A DNA stretch of 63,847 nucleotides, the filler included, from Reticulomyxa filosa (lineage: Eukaryota > Protista > Foraminifera): the NCBI GenBank assembly GCA_000512085.1. It is 17 parts of 17 records of this genome, joined end to end, with 100 filler letters (N's around TTAATTAATTAA, not from the genome) between each part and the next. Parts side by side here need not be neighbours in the genome. Positions count along the whole stretch, not along the records: positions 49,594 to 51,861 come from ASPP01009000.1; positions 51,962 to 53,826 come from ASPP01041532.1; positions 53,927 to 56,280 come from ASPP01024723.1; positions 56,381 to 59,772 come from ASPP01027768.1; positions 59,873 to 62,161 come from ASPP01025784.1; positions 62,262 to 63,847 come from ASPP01006236.1; 11 more parts are not named here. One strand, 5' to 3'. The notes beneath the pieces are model-generated. The model worked only from the letters and a program-made list of their open reading frames with translations, was not told the origin of the DNA and did no database searches. A program made the position numbers and the translations under genes. Numbering within the stretch: position 1 is the first letter of the stretch; every line of letters starts with the position of its first letter. This document shows, piece after piece, positions 50,116 to 62,707 of the stretch.

Positions 50116-52534
50116 TGTAAATTTTTTCTATGATCTTCGTAGTCCACAATTAGCATGCTTTCAAAATTCTTCTTTTTATTTTTTTTTGTTAAGCGAAAAA
50201 CAATGACAATTTTTTAAAAACAAAACTAAATTATAAAAATATTGTATATTTTTTCAGTCATTTGTGGTTGTCGACTACGAAACTTTTGTAAACTTGAAAA
50301 AGGTTTTTCCCTTTTGAACCTTTTCTTACTAATCTTTCCTTTGTTTGAATCTCAGTGTGGTTACAATGTCTGACACAGTACCACCTCCCGGTGCTTACCA
50401 AGCATTTTCCCACAGGAGCTTATCGCTTTTGGCTTCAAAATGTTTTTGTAGCTGTGCAAACACACATACGATATTCTTTGCCTATTTATAGAGACATCAT
50501 TAAATAATCTTTTTCTTTTTTTTTTAATGGATGGACAACAAAAAAGTCTAAAAGACATTGTGGTCGTGCAGTAATTGCATTACTTTTACAAAATCACAAA
50601 TGTTATATCAATAGATCAAATGGATTTTTGAATGATGAAAAATTTAAAGTTGAAAGTGTAAAATACACATATGTATTATCTTCGTAACACGTTGTAATTG
50701 TTGCAATGACAGATATCGTAATTTTTTATTTAAAAAAAAAAAATAACGAGATACGCTTGGCGAGCCGTCACGCATCGCTTACTACCCGCTTCCTATCCGG
50801 AATAGGTGGTGTTTCACTTCCACAAGTACATGTCCCGATAGCCCCTGGACCATCAGAACATTGCGTAATCCGCACTGGACAAGCGCTACAAAGTACTATA
50901 AATCGTTACAATGGTTAAATCCAAAATTCTTTAATATCAACATATTTTTGTTAAAAATAAGTCCTGATTGAAATTTTGAATGATTAAAATCGAGATTGTA
51001 TTGATCAATAACTCAACAAAGCTTGAATATCGATAATGTGAAAAATTGAAGAAAATCATTTTTCACTTTCAAAAATTACAAAGTTTTTATTTGTCTACAC
51101 ACCATCAAAGCAATTAAACAAAGTCTTGCATCAAATTTTAAAGGACAAATAAAAAATTAAAAATGTGCGCAATCAATTGAAACAATATGGATAATTGAAA
51201 AATATATCAACTAAAGAATTGAATTAATACAATTTAATTAAATAATGCAAAAAGGAAAAGTTGCTATTTTCGGATTCAATAAAACATATATTCATTTGAT
51301 TTTTCTGCTTGACAAATAGATTAAATATAAAAATAATTTGAAAGTGACATTCACATATTGGAAGAATCATGGAGAATAGAGTCAGAAGAGCGGAATGAAG
51401 AAACACGAGCGCTCAAATTAAAGAATTGACTGCAAGTGTTAAATGAAGAAGAAAAATCATCCCTTTTCTTTGCATTGCAAAAACTTTTAAAAGTGATGTA
51501 ATTGAATAAAACGTTTTAGTCAAAGTCCTTTTTGTAAACAACAATTACGAGTCGAATTTTAATCTTGATGCGTTAAATTTTGACAAAAGTTCAGAGTACA
51601 CGATATTTGGATTACCCATTTTTTTTTTATTTTTAAATTAATCAAGAGAATTAAAAATTTGATTTTTTTTTTTTGCAATAATAATAAGTTATTTTAATTA
51701 GCTAGTTTCTTTTTTTTTTTTAATCACCTGGGAAACACTTTTAGAAAAAATAGAAAAAAATAATCAATAAATATTATTGAAAGCAAAAATATATCATTTC
51801 TGTGATTGAACAAAAAACATTTTTTAATAAGATTATATTTAAAAATCGAAGTTTTCGTTCANNNNNNNNNNNNNNNNNNNNNNNNNNNNNNNNNNNNNNN
51901 NNNNNTTAATTAATTAANNNNNNNNNNNNNNNNNNNNNNNNNNNNNNNNNNNNNNNNNNNNTTCATTACCAGAATTATTTTTTTGTAAAAATACTAACAT
52001 TTTTTCCATGTATTCGCTCATTGGTAATATATCCTGTTCATAAACATTACAAACAATGACTCTAATAATAATAAAAAACATTTCCAGTGTTAATGATCAC
52101 CTCAATCCACTTTGGAGGGCTACCAGATGTAGCATTAGTAGTTGATTTTGTCAGGCATTGTTAGATCTTTCGTTGCAAAAAGTGTCACTTTTGTTGAGAT
52201 TTTTTTTTATGAAGAGATTTAATTTTTAAAGAAAGTATTTACGAATTTTGTAGTTTTTAGATATGAATTTGTATCTTTTTTAATTATTTTAAAAATTAAA
52301 TTATTTTTAACAGATTTTTCGTTTTCATGAAGAAATATTTAATTTTAAGTTTTTTAAAAATTTTGTTATTTTGTTGTGCCATTACATTTTTTTACATTCA
52401 AAACTTTTGTTGAAGTTATTGTTTATGTTTTTTATTATTTTTTAATAGTTATAATAATCAAAATGATGTTTAATTTACGTTTCATAACTACAGTCTTTAT
52501 GTTATTAATCATATTTCAATATGTTTTTAATATT

Positions 52535-52712
52535 GTCTTTTTTGGTCGACAACTTCCAACCTTCATCTTATGCGTTCAACGAGATTCTGTTCGCTTTAAC
52601 ACATACCAAATGGCTTTGTGTTTGCGATATATCATACTTGCAATATCGCTAACGATCATGCTATATTTATTATATGAGAAAATTTTTCATATTTCAAATT
52701 GAGTTAAACCAC
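52535..52712 (-). mobile_element. Possible degenerate Tc1/IS630-like transposase N-terminal HTH remnant
   Basis: GLTQFEI*KIFSYNKYSMIVSDIASMIYRKHKAIWYVLKRTESR*THKMKVGSCRPKKT resembles the Tc1 paired-like HTH followed by the GRPxKT motif; it contains in-frame stops. Confidence 0.35.
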
Positions 52713-53926
52713 AAACTTTAATACACTATAACGTATCTGTAACATATTGACATATATTTTACTTTTAATAATTATATTTTTGTTTTATTTTTTATTTTAA
52801 TTTTTTTTTTCTTATTGTTACTATTGCTTGGTGTAAATGATATAAAGATCAAAACAGTTACACCTTGCCGAAACGACTATATTTCAATGATATTTTCTTT
52901 TGATTTCATTGTTATCAAGTATAGTTTTAGTAAATGAAAAATTAACAACTTTATTGAGAATAAAATTTTAATCATTGTTTGTTTTTTTCATTGAATGCAA
53001 CAGTTTTTTTATCTGATTCACATACTGACATAATAACAACATAAATTGAAGACTAATGTAGTTTTAGTTTGCTTTGGATGCTTTTGTGTGTCGATTATCG
53101 TATCATAGCTTGTTGGAATTTTGTTTTTTTTATACTTGACTTTTTTTTTTATGATGTTTTTGAAGTTTGTGAATAATTTTTTTCATTCATTTACTATATA
53201 TTGGTTTCTACTTGTACATTTTTCTTTTTGCATATTTACAAAATAATTTCTTTAATATTTTGTTGGCCATCCTTTTTGTTTTATAACTTACTTGTATCTC
53301 TTTGTCATTAATTGCACGATATCTTATAAATATATAATATTTAAGTTTGACAATTCTACTTTTATAGCTTGGAATAGCTCATCTTCGTCTTTAGACTTTT
53401 TTGAGCCAAACACAGACTTAGATCAGCACATAAGTTTTTAATTTAATTCAAAACTGTTGACATATCATGACATTACATGATGTTAAAATGACCGCCCAGA
53501 TATTAGCGATCGAGTCACTTTTTTGAATAGTGGAATTACATTGTCGAAAGATAAATATGTATTTAAAAATAGTTTATGTGCGATCTCAGATATGCACTTT
53601 TGATTAAATCTGTATCGTATTAATCATATGTTAGCCTATCATATATCACATATAAGTTTCCAACTTCTGTCACGGATGGACAATACAAAAATGAAACTTT
53701 TTTTGAGTTTTGCGATACTTTTAATAAATTTTTTGGTGAACATATATTGATATCGCGCCAAACCCGCTGCTGGCTCCCATTAGTATATATAATATAATTT
53801 TTGTGATTTTTTAATTCATTAAACAANNNNNNNNNNNNNNNNNNNNNNNNNNNNNNNNNNNNNNNNNNNNTTAATTAATTAANNNNNNNNNNNNNNNNNN
53901 NNNNNNNNNNNNNNNNNNNNNNNNNN

Positions 53927-54412
53927 CCTGATACATAATATTTGGAAAAGAAGTAATTGTATAAAGCTTGTTTGTTAATTTGACGATATTTGATATGTTT
54001 AGGATATTTCAAAATATTCCATAAAATATGCAGACACATTTCTTTCAATATTTTTTCTTCTTTCAACCTATTATTTTACAAATTATTTTTATTTTACACT
54101 ATATTCGTATTTTTTTATATTTAACTCATTCAAGTTGGAATGTCTGTGATATTGTTGCTTTTTCAAGTTGATTGCCAAAATTTTCAAATAATCGTGTCAA
54201 ATGCTGTTGTTGCTGTAAATTTGTGCTATATCAAAATATGGAATCAATGATTTGTTTGTTTAGTAAAAAATAAAAATGTATTATTGCGTGTTCTCAGTTA
54301 GCCAGGTTAAGGCACTTTTTGTCATTTCAGCATTTTGATTACAAATTTTCAATGCATCTGCGGTGCTCTCTCCATCTATCTTAGGGAACGTTTGTTGAAA
54401 TTGTGCGAGCAT
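53927..54412 (-). CDS. 5' part of a CUE/UBA-like + PUB-like domain protein (partial, possibly disrupted)
   Basis: MLAQFQQTFPKID...ALKICNQNAEMTKSALTWL is CUE-like (FP motif). CLHILWNILKYPKHIKYRQINKQAL is PUB-like (NIxxxPxxxKYRxI). Confidence 0.5.
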
Positions 54413-55657
54413 GATGAAATTAACTTCAAAACAAATCCTTTTTTTCTGTTGACGTTCAGAAACTGAGTTAAAGTGTTATTTAAAAAATTGAAGAAGGCAA
54501 AAACTTGAGCAAATGTTTTTACTCAAAGCACAAATAAATGAATTTGTTATAAATTGTAATATCGTCACTTGCTGATTTACTTGTGATGGTAATTTAGCAC
54601 AACTGTCTTCCAATGAATTTTTTGACTTAAAAGATTGCATGTATAATATTATCTTAAAAAATGAAGAAAAAGAGATAAAATTGGACAATGTTATTAACAG
54701 CATGTATTAGATATGAAATCATTTGCGCTTTAAATGTAGATTTAGTTTTTAATCAGCAATTTGCGTCAATATCTGTAAGTCTTTGGATTAATTTATTACA
54801 GTACAATAATCATCTTTTTCCTTATTTCAATCTGAATTTTTAAAAAAACAAGATTATGTGAATGTAAAATTACAGCTTTTTTCTTTAAAAAAAAACATTT
54901 CTTTTACCAAGTTGTATCTTATTGAAGAAGAAAATGACTAAAAAGAGGAAAGAGCACTTCGTTTTTATTTTTACTCTGTTAAAGTTGTGCAAGCATGACA
55001 GTCAAATTATATTGCAGTGATATATCGAATATACACAAAAAAGATCAAATCAAGATTTAGTAAATCTTGTCATAATTGAAAAGCAAGAATAAGTCTGTTT
55101 TGGCTTTTTTGTTTCAATTCATTTTAAATTTGGTTATTCGATTTTATGATATTTTATGTCTTTGGAGAAAGTAGAAATGTATGTTAATTACAAAAATGTG
55201 GAGGTTCGACAAATGAAACTCTTTTTGAAATATTAATACAACATTTTCAAATGACTATAAATATGAAAATTGCTTTTTGTGATAATGATAAATTGATTAA
55301 TTTGTTAGAAAGTATATTATATTATTATTTTGATTTTTATCTACTCCACAACATCTTTGAAATTTGTTTTTTTTAAAGAATATTGTATATGAATTAATAA
55401 ATGCATGTTATTTATGGAAGAAAGTTGTGACAAAGCAAGAAAAGAATTTATTGTGGCATCTTCAAATCAATTTTTTGCTTATTTAGTAACAGAATCATAA
55501 AAAGGGAATAAAATGAAAGATAATAACGACAACATTTGTACCGAGATTACAATAATTTTAGATGCACACGAAGTCAACGAATATCAATTATTTAAAGTGT
55601 TTAATTGTAAAATCAAAACTTATTCACAAAAATTATAATAAATTCAATTATTTATGT

Positions 55658-56280
55658 TCATCCCCAAACACAAATTTGGCCTTTACTCGAACCATAACAT
55701 AAATTAATACTATAATTATCATTTCCATTGTTTTCTATTTTCTTTTTCAATGATACAAATTTAATGCATAATATAGCATCATTATCATCATCACTACCTT
55801 TAATCACACATAATTCTTCCTTATTTGATCGAATATCCCAAAATCGAATTGTATTATCAAATGATCCAGAACATATCACGTTTGAATTACAACCATCATT
55901 ATTCCCCATTACAAATGGTGAATATTCAGCGGTATACACCCAATGTGTATGTCCATTGAATACTTTGAATTTGTTGATCAGATCGAATATCCCACAAACG
56001 AACACTTTTATCATATGATCCAGATAATATTATATTTCCTAATTCATGTGGTGCATATTTTACACTTTTCACATAATCTGTATGTCCTTTGAATACAATT
56101 AATTGCTTGGTTGTTTCAATATCCCATATACAAATGGTTTTATCATATGATCCAGAACAAATTGTATATCCATTACCACCAATCACACCAATGTTATTAC
56201 TTTTATCATTATCATTATCATTGTTTTGTAATGGTGAAATATCAACACACCAAATAACATCTTCATGTCCATCGAAAACA
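55658..56280 (-). CDS. WD40-repeat protein, C-terminal part (frameshift near 55960)
   Basis: TICSGSYDKTICIWD, FKGHTDYVKSVKY...SGSYDKSVRLWDIRS, FNGHTHWVYTAEYSP...SGSFDNTIRFWDIRS. Confidence 0.9.
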
Positions 56281-56380
56281 NNNNNNNNNNNNNNNNNNNN
56301 NNNNNNNNNNNNNNNNNNNNNNNNTTAATTAATTAANNNNNNNNNNNNNNNNNNNNNNNNNNNNNNNNNNNNNNNNNNNN

Positions 56381-56488
56381 TTTTTTCTTTTGTTCGTGAT
56401 ATCTTGTGGAATTCATTGTCAGTGTATGGCTGTTATTACCATTGGTATTATTTTCTCGATGGTGTAGCTTCAAATCCTTCCATTTTTC

Positions 56489-56519
<31 letters not shown>

Positions 56520-58538
56520 TTAAAAAATACAGAGTAAAAAAGTTTAGAGTGTGCAAATGACAGTTAAAAAAACGTACCGTCATCAAAGTTTTTTTGGTTC
56601 CATCTGTGAACAGAAGAGTTATTTATGTTACCATTGAAATGGTGATGTTTATTTTCTTTTCTTGGAATATTGTGCATTGATGGTAAGTCACCACTGTTGA
56701 TATTGGCAATGTTATTATTGCCATTACTATTGCGAGCGCAACTTGCCATAGGAAGTGGTGGACAATGTTTATGTGCAAATGATGAGGCATTAGTGTTACA
56801 AGTTTGCAATAAAGTTTCGTTATTGCTATTATTGTTGTTTTCAGTCACATTTGACACATCGTTGTTGTCATCATGTGCAATGACAGTCTTGTCTTTGTCA
56901 CGCTCATATTTACGTTTGTATCTTGCATTTTGCTTATCTACAATCACCATCAATTACACAATCCTTACTTCCAATTGTTTTAAAAAATACACGTATACAT
57001 TTTTTTTTTTTTTTTCAAAACGGTGAATATTTCTTGACTCTTTTGCAGCAGAAAAAATGTATTGTTTTCGTTTATCCTTCAATCCAAATCCAATGATTTC
57101 ATTGCCACCATTATTAATATTCTTGTCAACATTGAGAATAATCGGAGGTGTCATAGGAATTTTCGATGATGTGAAATCTTTTCGTGAATTCTATATTGAC
57201 CGGAGAAAAACATCAATTTATTGCTAATGGTGCAAGAGTGGCTCTCCATCGTACTTTGCGTAAAAAAAAAAAAAGTAAATAAATAAAATAAAATAAAATA
57301 AAAAATAAACTCTAACTTGTGGATGATCATCATTTGGATGTTTGAATGTGGAGTTGATGTCACCTTCATAAGAATGAGAGTGGTAAGGATGATGGTTTAT
57401 GAATGTACTCAAATGTTGAGAGATAGAGTCGGAGTGGTTTGAATAATGAGTTGTGCAAGGATTATCTTGGAAACATTTAAAGTAAGGATGTTGATGTGCT
57501 TGCTCAATAGTCAATCTTTGTGTTTCATCCATTTCAAGCAATCCTTTGAGTAAGCTTAATAATGAACTATGAAATGTTTTATGCCCTTGATATCGACGAG
57601 ACAGTGTCTGTGGGTTTGCAATTTCTGGAAGTGTTGCGCCCAGAAATCTTGGATTTTTGCTAAATAATTCTTTTTGTTGTTCTGTTAATGGACCCAATAC
57701 TTTACGAATAAGAAATCTTTTTTTTGTTTATACATTCTTATTTAATAATCTTTTTAAAAGTAAATATACTTAACAATTGATCCAAATCAGACTCTCCTGG
57801 AAATAAAGGCTGACTATCAATGAGCTCAGCAACAATACAACCAATAGCCCAAATATCAATAGGTTTATTGTAATTTTTAAAACCTAATAATAATTCTGGT
57901 GCTCGATACCATCTTGTAGCAACATAATCAGTTAATGATTGCTGCTGATGATTATTATTGTTATTGCCATTATTGTCATCATTATCATTATTGTCTATTA
58001 TTCTGGCAAAACCAAAGTCACACAATTTTAACAACGGTTGAGGAGACACATTAATAAGTAAGTTTTCTGGTTTGATATCTCGATGAATAATATTGAAATG
58101 ATGACAATATTTTACAGCTTGTATTAATTGATAACTATAAAGTTTTAAAAGTTCTGATTCTAAGCCGTTTTTTGTTTTTTCAAGCAATTCTAACATATTC
58201 CCTTGCATTAATTCAAATACCAAATATAATATTTTTTTGAGACTGTATATTTTATTTATTTCATTTATGTTTATTTTGCTTTTTTTTTTTAAATACCGAA
58301 ATGCATCTTTAAATGCAATAATATTTTCATGTTTCAACATTCTTAATATTTTAATTTCTCTCGTAATACATTTTTTAATATGTTCATCTTCTTCTGTATC
58401 TTTAAATTTTTTTATTGCAATATTTTCTTTTGTTTCCTTATTTTGACATTTAAGTACAATTCCATAAGCTCCTTCTCCTATTTTTGTTTCTATTATATAG
58501 ATACAGGATTTACTTCTTATTTCATTTTCTGAATTCAT
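56381..58538 (-). CDS. CDKL5-like (CDKL family) protein kinase, multi-exon, 3' end truncated
   Basis: [12 protein letters not shown]...[82 protein letters not shown], and [25 protein letters not shown] (a CDKL5/LF5-type segment). Confidence 0.9.
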
Positions 58539-60379
58539 TTTTTAAAAAAAAGCGCAACAGCAAAGAAAAAATGTAGCGTCATTCTCTTTTCATTATGAGT
58601 TTTGTTGTTCTCGGACTGAATTATAGTCATTTAACCTTGCCAAAAAGATTTTTCTAATGTACTGTCCGATTTTTTTTTAATAAACAAATGTGGATGGTAT
58701 TATTATGATGTGGCGCATGAATTCTAGGCCGGAAAAGAACGAATATTTGTCTATCTGATTTTTGTTTGAGCAATAACATCATTCGTTTTGTTTTCAAAAG
58801 CATAACTAAAAATTGTAACTATTGAAAGAGCTTGTGTTATTTTGCTAGTACACTTTTTTTCTCAATCAAAAAAAATATTTCCATTCTTTTGCAATTAGAT
58901 CACAAATTATTTATTTCAAATATAAAATGAATAAAAAATAAAATTATGACGAATTGAAGAGTTCTCTAAAAAGGGTCTAGTTCCAGATTTTTTATTTTTC
59001 GATGTTACATCATTTGTTTTAATTCTTGTTTTCAAAGTTTACAAGGATAAAATTTATCTTCCCGAATAGCTGAGAAAATTCCCTGTATGAAAGTAGTTGA
59101 AAGAGTTCAAAGAGCTTTTATGTCGTTTTTTTTTAATAAATATGTTCGATCTATATTATAAATACGTTCAAAACTAATTGAAAATTTATTTGTCCTATTG
59201 ACTAAAAAAAGGCAATGACATTTGACATTATAATTATGTCATGCTGAAATATTTTCATCTTAAAATGAATAATTTTTTGTAGTCGAAAAGTTTCCTTTAT
59301 TAACTACGAGAATAACTTTCTGGAACAACAAAGAGAAATTGTGGAAAAAAAAAATAACAAAAACGAAGAAGATGAGATGACTAATTGATATTATATCATT
59401 CAAATACATTTAGAAATTTTTGTGTTATTCAAACTCTCCCACCAACTTGAAGATAAAAAAATTGCAATATTCTTTTTTCACGCATACTTACGCATATTTT
59501 CATCTACTTCTGAATCTGGATCAGATTCGACTTCAATCATTAAATCAAGTTTAGATTTATCGGATTCATAACTAGATTCACTTTCATCTAAATCAGAATC
59601 AGATAAATTTAAATATTTTTTCTTTTTCCACACTTTCATATTTCATAATCCAAATATGTTTATATTCAGTTGGTCTTGTCCACCAAATGATAATAAAATT
59701 TTGATAATATTTGGATTTATATTGAATACGTTTATAAATAACACATTGCCCAAATAAGAATTGATTAAAATTNNNNNNNNNNNNNNNNNNNNNNNNNNNN
59801 NNNNNNNNNNNNNNNNTTAATTAATTAANNNNNNNNNNNNNNNNNNNNNNNNNNNNNNNNNNNNNNNNNNNNTTTTTTTTTTTTTCTTAAAATTGTTTTT
59901 GATGATGCAAAATGGAAGATATTGAGCAAAGGAGTTTTAAAATATTTTTGAAATGGAAAATGGATTTTAACAATGCATGTGATTTTCTTTTCAATGAAAA
60001 TTAAAAATTTTTTTATAAAGAACTTATTCAAAACTGAGCACGCACGTACGTTTTAAGTTTTTTTTAATATCTGACTTTGAAACATAAATTTCTTAAATTA
60101 CATAAATGATATGTCTTCATGAATTAATTTGAATACGTTTGTATATTTCTTTTTCAAATTATTTTATCGTAAAAGACATTTGATGCACAAAGTGTGGTAA
60201 CACAACTCTTGGAATGCGACAGTTTTGTCATTTAAATATGAAATAACTTTAGAATATCTAATGAAATTTGTATCTTTTTACAAAATGTGTACGTCCATTG
60301 TGAAGAGGATTTTTGTAACATTAATACAATTAAATATATAATATTTTATCAAATAAATACAAATAAAATTTCATTCATT

Positions 60380-60810
60380 ATAATGTTTTGGTAATGAGAT
60401 ATAAACAATTAAATTAATTGTTGATTTTTTTTACAATCAAGATGACTAAAAGATGTATTACTGAAATGAATGCAATATTACCAAACCAATATTCACACAT
60501 ACTGGTAATTTGATTTTTGATATCAAACAGGTTTCATTGCTGCAATACCCTTGTAGATTGATTCCTTCAATTTCTGCTTTCCTTTTGTACAATCTTCTTA
60601 TTGTTATTAGTTTCATTCACTGTATTTTCTTATTTGAATAGCTCTTTTTCAATTGACTGTTGGACAAGACCTTTAATTGTTGCTTCAATATTTTCACAAT
60701 GATGCTATATTTTTTCTTGCATTTCTTCTTCAGCGATGAATCCCCACATGACCAAATCAACGTTCTGATCTCTTTGACGCACCTTACCATGAAAAGACAA
60801 CATTGAATCA
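60380..60810 (-). pseudogene. Degraded copy of a lineage-specific Cys-containing protein family
   Basis: IEGINLQGYCSNETCLISKIKLPVCVNIG... interrupted by stops and frameshifts. Confidence 0.4.
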
Positions 60811-60834
60811 AAATTTTTTTTTTGTGGAAAACAT

Positions 60835-60870
60835 GTCATTTTAGGTGCAACTTTCTTTTTTATTCTACTG
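60835..60870 (-). mobile_element. Terminal inverted repeat of the MITE family
   Basis: Reverse complement reads TA|CAGTAGAATAAAAAAGAAAGTTGCACCTAAAATGAC, matching 20675-20715. Confidence 0.7.
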
Positions 60871-61201
60871 TATTTGAAAAGTGAAGAAGTTAAAAATTAG
60901 TTAAAATGCAGAATATAGAAGTATTTGAAACAAAAATAGGAAGAATTGGACAAAGAAAAAGAATAGAATTTGAAAAAGTATTTTGGTTTGATATTTAGAA
61001 TATGATAGTAAATTTAAGGAAATGAAAGAAAAAGTATTATCGCAACAATAATATAATGTCGAGTCAAGTCTTATCACAAATACAACTTATTTCGTTGGAA
61101 TCAAGCAATTTCTGCAAAGAAAAAACATTTGTAGCCATTTTTGTCTTTTTTATAATATCTTTTTGAACATAATCAAGTTAGTAAATTTTACAAAATCATA
61201 T

Positions 61202-62161
61202 TTAAAGATGACTTAATTTATAGATATTTCTTCCACTGTATTTTATAATAATTTTATCAAACTCATCGATCCATCCTAATTTTATTTTTGAAGTTCGAAT
61301 CCAATATTTAATAATAAACTTTATTTGCCTTTTTGACTGTTCATTATTTATTATTTATTATTTGTTAATCCGTTTTATTAACATAATTTATTTGTATTTC
61401 CTCAAAATAAATAAATAAACAAATCATTACCAACTGTGAAGGATCCCATACACGCACTTTAGTCTTCATGTGAATTGATAATTTTGTATCCATATCACCA
61501 ATTCCTCCAATGATATGTATATCATTGTCTTCTTCACTCAATATTGCAACACACCTACACAATGGACTGGTTAAAGTGTTTTGAAATGTCGTCCATTTGT
61601 TTTCTCGAATTGAATACTTGTATACTGATTTTGAAATCAAGTAACTACTATACCCACCAAAGAACAATATGATATCATTGATACACACAGATGCATATTG
61701 ATAAAATGGTGCAATATCATCACACACAGGAAGTTTCTGAAATTGAAAAGCGTTGTTATCTTCATCATATTCAATTGATAATCCTGTCTCTCTACCAAAC
61801 AACAGCATTTGATAATTTTGTTGATTTGTCTTAATCATTCCTTGTACTTGTCCATTTTCTGAATTTGATACAAAGCAATGATCCCATATTGAATTATTAG
61901 TTGGTAAAGTAGCATGTTTAATATATTGAAATGTATTTAAATCAAATACACTAATATTACTTTTAGGATAAGTGATAAATAACAAATGATTGTTGATTCC
62001 ACCAATCAATGCGCGTGCTCCTTGATAATCACCATGATCGCTTCCAATGATAACTGGATGATTGTGATTGTCTGTGAAAGGAAGCCATTCATTGTAATTG
62101 TTTGATTTGTTGAATTGATTAAATTTTTTTGATTTATTCGTTTCATTTTGATTTTGATTTT
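61202..62161 (-). CDS. Kelch-repeat beta-propeller protein, C-terminal part
   Basis: ARALIGGINNHLLFITY, ASVCINDIILFFGGY...VYKYSIRENKWT, IHIIGG; final exon IKYWIRTSKIKLGWIDEFDKIII. Confidence 0.8.
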
Positions 62162-62261
62162 NNNNNNNNNNNNNNNNNNNNNNNNNNNNNNNNNNNNNNN
62201 NNNNNTTAATTAATTAANNNNNNNNNNNNNNNNNNNNNNNNNNNNNNNNNNNNNNNNNNNN

Positions 62262-62665
62262 GATATTAAAAAAAAAACAAAGACCAAAAAAAATAAATAA
62301 TAATAATAACATGTATTTTGGCAGGATACTTGGCAATTTCAAATTGCATATGAAGAAAGGAAGACGGCAAAGATTTGGTGGTTTGCAAATGCTGCAATTG
62401 GCGAACAGTAGAGAGCATATCTTTTTCGGAAAGGAAAAAAAGCTGAACGCTGATGTCCTGCCTTTCATTTTCGTAGGAAATGATCTCTGGAGGATTGCGA
62501 ACGAATTTGAATACTTTGACTCGCAAAGCTTTGCACAATTGTTTGTCAGATATCTTTGCTTGCTCGATTATCCATTTTTTCAATCTTGTTTTGTTCATGT
62601 CATATGGCAATGTGTTGATCGACATTTCCCATCGTTTTGGCTGTTGGTGTTTCATTTGTTTTATT

Positions 62666-62707
<42 letters not shown>

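Noticed and set aside
53620-53826. YIIYTNGSQ resembling the retroelement RNase H IYTDGS motif
   Set aside because: It is a single short motif lacking the catalytic Asp, with no other RNase H or RT motifs in the contig.
59480-59772. Ankyrin-like NPNIIKILLSFGG plus acidic tail on the minus strand
   Set aside because: Too short, interrupted by a stop and cut by the contig end, so it cannot be supported.
3874-62261. Regularly recurring palindromic TTAATTAATTAA flanked by Ns, as a biological repeat or CRISPR-like array
   Set aside because: It is always exactly 44 N + 12 bp + 44 N with stops in six frames, so it is an artificial contig linker. Cross-spacer gene neighbourhoods are therefore meaningless.
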